Below, piece by piece: positions 1 through 12,000 of a stretch of 64,000 bases of DNA. Within the stretch, counting starts at the first letter, position 1. Each line of letters opens with the position of its first letter. The position numbers were made by a program, and so were the translations under genes. The stretch is from Pecten maximus (taxonomy: Eukaryota). The stretch is taken from the NCBI RefSeq assembly GCF_902652985.1, contig NC_047015.1, forward strand, positions 35,030,001 to 35,094,000, written 5' to 3'. A model generated the notes under the pieces. That model did not search any database, had not been told where the DNA came from, and saw only the letters and a list, made by a program, of their open reading frames with translations.

Positions 1-50
1 AACGAGAAAAGACATCGGCCATAGCCGTTCTAGATATTTTCGGGTTTGAA
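1..50 (+). CDS. MYO15A: Myosin XV exon (partial), switch II
   Basis: [16 protein letters not shown], then gtaagt. Confidence 0.95.
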
Positions 51-3000
51 GTAAGTAAAAACTAGCATATTATCAAAGTTTATTGATTGATGGTCACACC
101 TTCAAAAGCTTGGTGAAAAAGAATCAAATTTTGTTTCAAATTTCATCTGACATAACCATTGAGTTGATATTGTCCACACCATACAGGAGTGGTGTGTCCA
201 CACCATACAGGAGTGGTGAATTCCATTACTTTTCTATTACAAGATTTGTACAAGAGGTTATAGAATTAGGTCACTGTAACCTCTATTTGATCTTGAACAG
301 TATTATATGATTTCCGAGGCATATTTCAGCCTGTTTTCTGTAAGGATATAAGACATTAAGGATTTACAGTCTGTTACCAAATAAGTGGTTCCAAGATTGA
401 AAACTTTCAGTTTACATTAATTTTCTATTTACAGGACTTTCATGTGAACAGCTTTGAGCAGCTGTGTATCAACTATGCAAATGAGACATTACAGTTCTTC
501 TTCAACCAACACATCTTCCGACTTGAGCAGAAGGAATACGCTAAAGAGAACATTGACTGGTCATCTATAGAATTCCAAGACAACCAGCCAGTCATTGACC
601 TCCTCGCCAGCAAACCCGCTGGAATCCTAGTCATCCTAGACGACGAATGCAGCTTTCCTCAGGTACGTTGTGTCCTTATATCAAGCTAATGATTGTTAAT
701 AACTGTATATTGTGTCTTTATTCAAGTTCACTATTCACTGTGTCAACCTCATTAATATTTTTTCATAATATATATTGAAAAATGTTCAACGCAGCAATAA
801 GAAAAAAATACAATGTCCTGAGTTGTGTCCCCTGACTAAGACAAACCTCTGAAGTCATGAGTTGTGTCCCCTGACTAAGACAAACCTCTGAAGTCATGAG
901 TTGTGTCCCCTGACTAAGACAAACCTCTGTAGTCATGAGCTGTGTCCCCTGACTAAGGCAAACCTCTGTAGTCATGAGCTGTGTCCCCTGACTAAGACAA
1001 ACCTCTGAAGTCATGAGTTGTGTCCCCTGACTAAGACAAACCTCTGAAGTCATGAGTTGTGTCCCCTGACTGAGAAAAACCTCTGTAGTCATGAGTTGTG
1101 TCCCCTGACTAAGACAAACCTCTGAAGTCATGAGTTGTGTCCCTGACTAAGACAAACCTCTGAAGTCATGAGTTGTGTCCCCTGACTAAGACAAACCTCT
1201 GAAGTCATGAGTTGTGTCCCCTGACTAAGACAAACCTCTGAAGTCATGAGTTGTGTCCCCTGACTGAGAAAAACCTCTGTAGTCATGAGTTGTGTCCCCT
1301 GACTAAGACAAACCTCTGTAGTCATGAGTTGTGTCCCCTGACTAAGACAAACCTCTGAAGTCATGAGTTGTGTCCCCTGACTAAGACAAACCTCTGTAGT
1401 CTTGAGTTGTGTCCCCTGACTAAGACAAACCTCTGAAGTCATGAGTTGTGTCCCCTGACTAAGACAAACCTCTGAAGTCATGAGTTGTGTCCCCTGACTA
1501 AGACAAACCTCTGAAGTCATGAGTTGTGTCCCCTGACTAAGACAAACCTCTAAAGTCATGAGTTGTGTCCCCTGACTAAGACAAACCTCTGAAGTCATGA
1601 GTTGTGTCCCCTGACTAAGACAAACCTCTGAAGTCATGAGTTGTGTCCCCTATCTAAGACAAACCTCTGAAGTCATGAGTTGTGTCCCCTGACTGAGAAA
1701 AACCTCTGTAGTCATGAGTTGTGTCCCCTGACTAAGACAAACCTCTGTAGTCATGAGTTGTGTCCCCTGACTAAGACAAACCTCTGAAGTCATGAGTTGT
1801 GTCCCCTGACTAAGACAAACCTCTGAAGTCATGAGTTGTGTCCCCTGTCTAAGACAAACCTCTGAAGTCATGAGTTGTGTCCCCTGACTGAGAAAAACCT
1901 CTGTAATCTATGATATTAGTACTTACTGTTCTCTATTTAATGTTCCTCTTTACATTAAGTTGTCATATTTCTGCAGCCTGTATAATGTGACCGGCAGAAA
2001 GTCTAGGTTACATATGATCACACTAATAGTGCCCCTGGTAGCCAATCATCTACACCTGTTAAATGTTAATCACAAAGTTAGACATTTAATGATGTAATGA
2101 TTGTGTTTTACAGGCTACGGATCTCTCATTCCTGGAGAAATGTCACTTTCATCACTCCAGTAATTCTCTGTATGACAAACCACGGATGTCTGTCCCCGAG
2201 TTTTATGTCCTCCACTTCGCTGGGAAGATCAAATACAATGTAAGTGATAGAGTGAAACCTGTTTAAACTGGGCATGGAAATATTTCTGATTTCTGATTCC
2301 ATGGTTTCAGCTTATTTTCTATTTATACATAGTAAGACCAAACTTTACCGACACTGAATGTAGTTGTTGTGTCGGACAGTGTGTTGGTTAAGTTGGTGTC
2401 AGATATGACAGTGTTACAATAATTTAATTTACGAACTGTTTTAGGTGGCGAAAGAAAATAATTTGATTTATGAACTGTTTCAGGTGGACCATTTCCTGGA
2501 GAAGAACAAAGACACACTGAGGAGTGATGTTGTAGAACTTTTGTGTGAGAGTAAAAACAGGGTAAGTTATCTGGTATTGGACAGTGAGAGTAAAAACAGG
2601 GTAAGTTATCTGGTATTGGACAGTGAGAGTAAAAACAGGGTAAGTTATCTGGTATTGAACAGTGAGAGTAAAAACAGGGTAAGTTATCTGGTATTGGACA
2701 GTGAGAGTAAAAACAGGGTAAGTTATCTGGTATTGGACAGTGAGAGTAAAAACAGGGTAAGTTATCTGGTATTGGACAGTGAGAGTAAAAACAGGGTAAG
2801 TTATCTGGTATTGGACAGTGAGAGTAAAAACAGGGTAAGTTATCTGGTATTGAACAGTGAGAGTAAAAACAGGGTAAGTTATCTGGTATTGGACAGTGAG
2901 AGTAAAAACAGGGTAAGTTTGGACACTGAGAGTAAAAACAGGGTAAGTTATCTGGTATTGGACAGTGAGAGTAAAAAAAGGGTAAGTTATCTGGTATTGG

Positions 3001-6000
3001 ACAGTGAGAGTAAAAACAGGGTAAGTTATCTGGTATTGGACAGTGAGAGAAAAACAGGGTAAGTTATCTGGTATTGGACAGTGAGAGAAAAACAGGGTAA
3101 GTTATCTGGTATTGGACAGTGAGAGTAAAAACAGGGTAAGTTATCTGGTATTGGACAGTGAGAGTAAAAACAGGGTAATTTATCTGGTATTGGACAGTGA
3201 GAGTAAAAACAGGGTAAGTTATCTGGTATTGGACAGTGAGAGTAAAAACAGGGTAATTTATCTGGTATTGGACAGTGAGAGTAAAAACAGGGTAAGTTAT
3301 CTGGTATTGGACAGTGAGAGTAAAAACAGGGTAAGTTTGGACACTGAGAGTAAAAACAGGGTAAGTTATCTGGTATTGGACAGTGAGAGTAAAAACAGGG
3401 TAAGTTATCTGGTATTGGACAGTGAGAGTAAAAACAGGGTAAGTTATCTGGTATTGGACAGTGAGAGAAAAACAGGGTAAGTTATCTGGTATTGGACAGT
3501 GAGAGAAAAACAGGGTAAGTTATCTGGTATTGGACAGTGAGAGTAAAAACAGGGTAAGTTATCTGGTATTGGACAGTGAGAGTAAAAACAGGGTAATTTA
3601 TCTGGTATTGGACAGTGAGAGTAAAAACAGGGTAAGTTATCTGGTATTGGACAGTGAGAGTAAAAACAGGGTAATTTATCTGGTATTGGACAGTGAGAGT
3701 AAAAACAGGGTAAGTTATCTGGTATTGGACAGTGAGAGTAAAAACAGGGTAATTTATCTGGTATTGGACAGTGAGAATAAAAACAGGGTAAGTTATCTGG
3801 TATTGGTGTGACTCTGGACAAGGTCAGCATGGTGTGACTCTGTCTGGACAAGGTCAGCATGGTGTGGCACTGTTTGGACAAGGTCAGCATGGTGTGGCTC
3901 TGGACAAGGTCAGCATGGTGTGGCACTGTTTGGACATGGTCACCATGGTGTGGCTCTGGACAAGGTCACCATGGTGTGGCTCTGGACAAGGTCACCATGG
4001 TGTGGCACTGTTTGGACAAGGTCACCATGGTGTGGCACTGTTTGGACAAGGTCACCATGGTGTGGCTCTGGACAAGGTCAGCATGGTGTGACTCTGGACA
4101 AGGTCAGCATGGTGTGGCACTGTTTGGACAAGGTCAGCATGGTGTGACTCTGGACAAGGTCATCATGGTGTGGCACTGTTTGGACAAGGTCACCATGGTG
4201 TGGCTCTGGACAAGGTCAGCATGTTGTGACTCTGGACAAGGTCACCATGGTGTGGCACTGTTTGGACAAGGTCAGCATGGTGTGACTCTGGACAAGGTCA
4301 GCATGGTGTGACTCTGGACAAGGTCAGCATGTTGTGACTCTGTCTGGAAAAGGTCACCATGGTGTGGCTCTGGACAAGGTCACCATGGTGTGGCTCTGGA
4401 CAGGGTCACCATGGTGTGGCATGGAACAGGGTCACCATTGTGTGGCATGGAACAAGGTCACCATGATGTGGCATGGAACAAGGTCACCATGATGTGGCAT
4501 AGAACAAGGTCACCATGGTGTGGCATAGAACAGGGTCACCATGGTGTGGTATAGAACAAGGTCGCCATGGAAACAATGATCTAACTCAGTTGATAGGAAA
4601 CCCTGCCCAGCATTAGTTATTTTATTAGCAAATAAAAAAATCTTTTCTTTTTTATTTTGTGAATTTCTTAAGGAAAAGGCTTTGTTTAAGGAAAGATCGC
4701 TATAAATTACGAGGAAAAACCTGACATCACTATTGGATGTATACATATAATATAAATATAAATGAAATCAAAAAAATCTAGTTGTTGATATCTTCCTATA
4801 AAGAAAACATTTTTTAGTAAATGGCTGGATTTTTTATTTCAGATGATTGCATCCATGTTCAAAGAAATGCGAGATCGACTTATTACAAAGACACTGAGCA
4901 AGTCAACTGGGCGCTACGTGACCCTCAAACCCAGGACTCCCACAGTGGCAGCAGGCTTTACCGAGTCACTGCTCTCCCTGATAGACACAATGTCAAAGTA
5001 AGTACATTATGTTTTCAGAATATGTGTGTCCATCATGTCTATACTTGAAACAATTAGAATTAGTTGAGTACTCTCAAACGCTTTGACATTAAGACTTACA
5101 CATTAACACTATGACATTAAGACTTACACCCAAACGCCATGACATTAAGACTTAAACCCAAACACCATGACATTAAGACTTAAACCCAAACACCATGACA
5201 TAAAGACTTAAACCCAAACACCATGACATAAAGACTTAAACCCAAACGCTGGGACATTAAGACTTACACCCAAATACCATGACATTAAGACTTACACCCA
5301 AACACCATGACATTACGACTTACACTCAAACACCATGACATTAAGACTTACACCCAAATGCTATGACATTAAGACTTACACTTAAACACCATGACATTAA
5401 GAATTACACCCAAATGCCATGACATTAAGACTTACACCCAAACGCTGTGACATTAAGACTTACACTCAAACACCATGACATTAAGACTTACACCCAAACA
5501 CCATGACATTACGACTTACACTCAAACACCATGACATTAAGACTTACACCCAAACGCTATGACATTAAGACTTACACCCAAACGCTGTGACATTAAGACT
5601 TACACTCAAACACCATGACATTAAGACTTACACCCAAACACCATGACATTAAGACTTACACCCAAACGCTATGACATTAAGACTTACACCCAAACGCTGT
5701 GACATTAAGACTTACACTCAAACACCATGACATTAAGACTTAAACCCAAACACCATGACATTAAGACTAACACCCAAACACCATGACATTAAGACTAACA
5801 CCCAAACACCATGACATTAAGACTTACACTTAAGCCTCCATTATACCCCTCATACCGTCTTTTTTCTCCGTCCACAGATGTAACCCGTACTTTGTGCGGT
5901 GTGTAAAACCAAACAACCACAAGGCCCCGATGCAGTTTGAGAAGACGGTGGTATTAGACCAACTAAGGTACACCGGGATGCTGGAAACCATCCGTATCCG

Positions 6001-9000
6001 TAAAATGGGCTTCCCTATCCGAGTCAAATTCCCAGTCTTCATCGAGAGGTGAGTCGCTTATCTCCAGGTATTGGGAGTTATTTCCCTTTAAGCTTATATC
6101 CATTATTGTTCAATATACATAATTTTACTTATCCAGGTATTTGTTTTACTGTGAAGTTTTTGTTCTATTATATTTCCCTCAATAAATCTTCATTCTATTT
6201 CCAGGTATCGTTTCCTCCTGATGGGTAAAATTAATGACAGATTATTACCAACGGAGGTGTGTAACAAGATTCTGTTAACCCAGGGTCCATCAATGTCACA
6301 CATGTACAGGATTGGGGCCACAAAGGTAAGAACATATCATTTTAATTGAATTTAAACAAAATCAATTTTCCAAATAGAAACATGTAGAATTTTCCGATGT
6401 TAATTGCTAAAATCAAATCTGATATCATTAATTTAAAAACCTTAGATTGCTTACTACTTTGGGTTTATGCTATCTTCCTCTGATTTATGCCTCCAGTCCA
6501 CAACGAGTTTGTTCCTGAGAAACACGGAAAGTCTTTTTTTTAATGGACACATTTGTAAATTTTACACATAAATTTTAACAGTTTAGGGTCCGTTTCTGAG
6601 AAGCATGCATAGCTTTAAAAAAATTGTTATTCCTAATATCTCGAATGCTATTTTTTTAATGCAATTTATTTTCCTCTTTGAAATGATACTATCAATCTTG
6701 TTGAATAAGCTTTTGTTGAAATTTTAGTTTGCACAAGCAAATACCAATTGAAAATGTTTAAAGGGAGGTAACTTCATGATAAATCACAGGTAAAGTGTAA
6801 TGTCGCATGTCTCCTTAATTAAGCATTAACTAGATTTGTTTTCTTTTGACTTCTTAGAGATAATGTGTTTAACAGATGTCCACGGAGATAATGTTCTTTT
6901 CTTTAGATTAATTCTCCTACAGTTTGTTCAGAAATTATTAAGTCTGCATAATTAGATGGCATTGTCACCTAAGCTGCCAACAACTTGCCTAATTTTGACT
7001 ATGACAAACTTGACATGCGTCTGATATAATGGTAACATGTTTGTGTTGATACTTAACGCTACACTGGTTTTATAATTAGACAGAAACTGAAACACTTTAA
7101 TTTTCAAGATAAGTTGGATTAATTAGCCAGGTAATAACTGTGTCCATTTTGAAATTCTAAATGATTACTCATTTTAAAAACAGTTGGAATGTTGTGTCAG
7201 TGTGCTGAGTATGTTTGCTGTAGATATGATATTTATATACAACTGTCTGTTACGAAGAGTTATATATGTACTTAACTCAGTCGACAATATCATGTCGTTA
7301 AGTAAATTATATGTAAATTAAAATGCCTGGTCTGCCCATATTAAGGTAAATGACATACTGGTGTATATGTTATAAAAAGATGGGTGTTTAATGTAGTCAT
7401 AAACATGATTTTTTATGGCAGTTATCTCCCTTTGAATATACCTTATAACCATTCAAACCCTTAAGAAATTGAAACATTGAAAAATAGATAAATAAAATTA
7501 TAGAGTAAACATCTGATTTAGACACAAAAGACAGAATAGTGATATATAAAGAAAACTAAATAGCTACAAACATACAGATTAAACATGAGGTCAGAGAAGG
7601 TTTAAATGGTAGAGCACTATTAGGTGTAGTTCAATTATTTATTAACTGGGTTTTTTTTTATTGATAAGCAACCACAACAGGTTGTTTTCTTGCAACATTG
7701 TGATGTTGTCAACTTTTGTGCTTTTATGATTAATGGCCATGAACAATAAACAGAATAAATAAGTTTTTTGTAACATGTTTTGATCATCTCCAAATAAATC
7801 ATAAAATTATAAAAAATTGTTACATTTTAACCCCTATGAACACTGTCAACAGTACGAGATACCTGTAATAAACGCTGATTAATGTTCGCAGATCCTGAAC
7901 ATGCTGACACAAAGACCAGTATTTATAATACATGTCCGAAAGCTTGTCAGATAGTGTATGATAATACATCATTCTAACGTCATCAAGTTCATCTTCTGTT
8001 TATTTGAATAACATCCTCCAAAACAAAACAAGATATTTTTTAAATGCACAAAGTAATTTTTTTTTATGATTTCCATTATGACAGAGAAATAGTGTCACGA
8101 TAAGAAATTATCACTGAATTAGAAACAAATTCTTCTACAATGGCCGATTGTCATGCTAAAGTTGTTGTGTCATCAAAAGGTCATGTTGTAATATGTGATA
8201 CATTAAGTGCTTGTTTTGGGAACATCCTTAGAAGCAAACAAGACTAGTTATAAATCTTTTGAGATATTGATAAATTTTTGAGATGAAAATTGAAAATTCT
8301 TCCAATTACCAAGATCTTCAGTGTTTCTAGCTAGCATTGATATGTATTTATTTACTGTTATCTGCCAGCTTGAAAATTTGACTTTGTTTTATTTAAGCTA
8401 GCAAATAATCAAATGTGAAGCCTTTGCTAACATCAATTGGACACTGCTGTTAAAAACATTGTCAACTTGACATTTTTCCTATTTTTTTTTTTTTCTTCTT
8501 TTCAACAATTCCAATATTTCCAAAAATGATTTTTTATTATTCTATAGATTATTTGAAGAAAAGGTGTAATTTTTATTTCATTGTTAACTCAGGTTTTCAT
8601 GAAGGAGACATTTGAGCAGCAGCTAGATGTGCATGCCAAGAACATCGTAAACAATTCTGTCGTCACCATCCAGAAACTCACACGCATGTTCCTGGCACGT
8701 AGAAAATTCAAACACTTACAGTCCGCCACATGCAAGATCCAAGCTGTTATAAAGACTTGGGTTGAAAGGTGAGAATTTAGATGTTCAGGTTTTACTTTAA
8801 ATTTCCATGTGCCATCACCAAGGCTGTGGGCTGTATGTATTGTCTCCCACTGTATGTTGATGATGTACAATCTCCCAGGCTGTGGTACCAGTGATAGAGG
8901 GTCTATGTTGATGTACAATCTCCTAGCCTGTGGTACCTGTGATAGAGGGTCTATGTTGATGTACAATCTCCCAGCCTGTGATACCAGTGATAGAGGGTCT

Positions 9001-12000
9001 ATGTTGATGTACAATCTCCCAGGCTGTGGTACCTATTATAGAGGGTCTATGTTGATGTACAATCTCCCAGTCTGTGGTACCTGTGATAGAGGGTCTATGT
9101 TGATGTACAATCTCCTAGCCTGTGGTACCTATTATAGAGGGTCTATGTTGATGTACAATCTCCCAGCCTGTGGTACCAGTGATAGAGGGTCTATGTTGAT
9201 GTACAATCTCCTAGCCTGTGGTACCTATTATAGAGGGTCTATGTTGATGTACAATCTCCCAGCCTGTGGTACCAGTGATAGAGGGTCTATGTTGATGTAC
9301 AATCTCCCAGCCTGTGGTACCAGTGATAGAGGGTCTATGTTGATGTACAATCTCCCAGCCTGTGGTACCTATTATAGAGGGTCTATGTTGATGTACAATC
9401 TCCCAGCCTGTGGTACCTATTATAGAGGGTCTATGTTGATGTACAATCTCCCACCCTGTGGTACCTATTATAGAGGGTCTATGTTGATGTACAATCTCCC
9501 AGGCTGTGGTACCTATTATAGAGGGTCTATGTTGATGTACAATCTCCTAGCCTGTGGTACCTATTATAGAGGGTCTATGTTGATGATGTACAATCTCCCA
9601 GCCTGTGGTACCTGTGATAGAGGGTCTATGTTGATGTACAATCTCCTAGCCTGTGGTACCTGTGATAGAGGGTCTATGTTGATGTACAATCTCCTAGCCT
9701 GTGGTACCTATTATAGAGGGTCTATGTTGATGTACAATCTCCCAGCCTGTGGTACCTATTATAGAGGGTCTATGTTGATGTACAATCTCCCACCCTGTGG
9801 TACCTATTATAGAGGGTCTATGTTGATGATGTACAATCTCCCAGGCTGTGGTACCAGTGATAGAGGGTCTATGTTGATGTACAATCTCCCAGCCTGTGGT
9901 ACCTATGATAGAGGGTCTATGTTGATGTACAATCTCCTAGCCTGTGGTACCTATGATACAGGGTCTATGTTGATGTACAATCTCCCAGCCTGTGGTACCT
10001 ATTATAGAGGGTCTATGTTGATGTGCAATCTCCCAGCCTGTGATACCAGTGATAGAGGGTCTATGTTGATGTACAACCTCCCAGCCTGTGGTACCTATTA
10101 TAGAGGGTCTATGTTGATGTACAATCTCCCAGCCTGTGGTACCTATTATAGAGGGTCTATGTTGATGTACAATCTCCCAGTCTGTGGTACCTGTGATAGA
10201 GGGTCTATGTTAATGTACAATCTCCCAGCCTGTGGTACCTATTATAGAGGGTCTATGTTGATGTACAATCTCCTAGTCTGTGGTACCTGTGATAGAGGGT
10301 CTATGTTAATGTACAATCTCCCAGCCTGTGGTACCTATTATAGAGGGTCTATGTTGATGTACAATCTCCTAGCCTGTGGTACCTGTGATAGAGGGTCTAT
10401 GTTGATGTACAATCTCCCAGGCTGTGGTACCTATTATAGAGGGTCTATGTTGATGTACAATCTCCTAGCCTGTGGTACCTATTATAGAGGGTCTATGTTG
10501 ATGTACAATATCCTAGCCTGTGGTACCTGTGATAGAGGGTCTATGTTGATGTACAATCTCCCAGGCTGTGGTACCAGTGATAGAGGGTATATGTTGATGT
10601 ACAATCTCCCAGCCTGTGGTACCTATTATAGAGGGTCTATGTTGATGTACAATCTCCCAGTCTGTGGTACCTGTGATAGAGGGTCTATGTTAATGTACAA
10701 TCTCCCAGCCTGTGGTACCTATTATAGAGGGTCTATGTTAATGTACAATCTCCCAGCCTGTGGTACCTGTGATAGAGGGTCTATGTTGATGTACAATCTC
10801 CCAGCCTGTGGTACCTATTATAGAGGGTCTATGTTGATGTACAATCTCCCAGGCTGTGGTACCAGTGATAGAGGGTCTATGTTGATGTACAATCTCCCAG
10901 CCTGTGGTACCTATTATAGAGGGTCTATGTTGATGTACAATCTCCCAGGCTGTGGTACCAGTGATAGAGGGTCTATGTTGATGTACAATCTCCTAGCCTG
11001 CGGTACCTGTTATAGAGGGTCTATGTTGATGTACAATCTCCCAGCCTGTGGTACCAGTGATAGAGGGTCTATGTTGATGTACAATCTCCCAGCCTGTGGT
11101 ACCAGTGATAGAGGGTCTATGTTAATGTACAATCTCCCAGCCTGCGGTACCTGTGATAGAGGGTCTATGTTAATGTACAATCTCCCAGCCTGTGGTACCT
11201 ATTATAGAGGGTCTATGTTGATGTACAATCTCCCAGCCTGTGGTACCTGTGATAGAGGGTCTATGTTGATGTACAATCTCCCAGCCTGTGGTACCTATTA
11301 TAGAGGGTCTATGTTGATGTACAATCTCCCAGGCTGTGGTACCAGTGATAGAGGGTATATGTTGATGTACAATCTCCCAGCCTGTGGTACCTGTGATAGA
11401 GGGTCTATGTTGATGTACAATCTCCCAGCCTGTGGTACCTGTGATAGAGGGTCTATGTTGATGTACAATCTCCCAGCCTGTGGTACCTGTGATAGAGGGT
11501 CTATGTTGATGTACAATCTCCTAGCCTGTGGTACCTGTGATAAAGGGTCTATGTTGATGTACAATCTCCTAGCCTGCGGTACCTGTGATAGAGGGTCTAT
11601 GTTGATGTACAATCTCCTAGCCTGTGGTACCAGTGATAGAGGGTCTATGTTGATGTACAATCTCCCAGGCTGTGGTACCTATTATAGAGGGTCTATGTTA
11701 ATGTACAATCTCCTAGCCTGTGGTACCTGTGATAGAGGGTCTATGTTGATGTACAATCTCCTAGCCTGTGGTACCAGTGATAGAGGGTCTATGTTGATAT
11801 ACAATCTCCCAGCCTGTGGTACCTATTATAGAGGGTCTATGTTGATGTACAATCTCCCAGGCTGTGGTACCAGTGATAGAGGGTCTATGTTGATGTACAA
11901 TCTCCCAGCCTGTGGTACCTATTATAGAGGGTCTATGTTGATGTACAATCTCCCAGGCTGTGGTACCAGTGATAGAGGGTATATGATGATGTACAATCTC

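Noticed and set aside
763-1871. Minus-strand ORFs of repeated [13 protein letters not shown]
   Set aside because: Translation of a 39-bp intronic minisatellite, broken by a frameshift and a stop.
3112-4746. Multiple overlapping repeat ORFs on both strands
   Set aside because: These are minisatellite translations with no independent coding signal.
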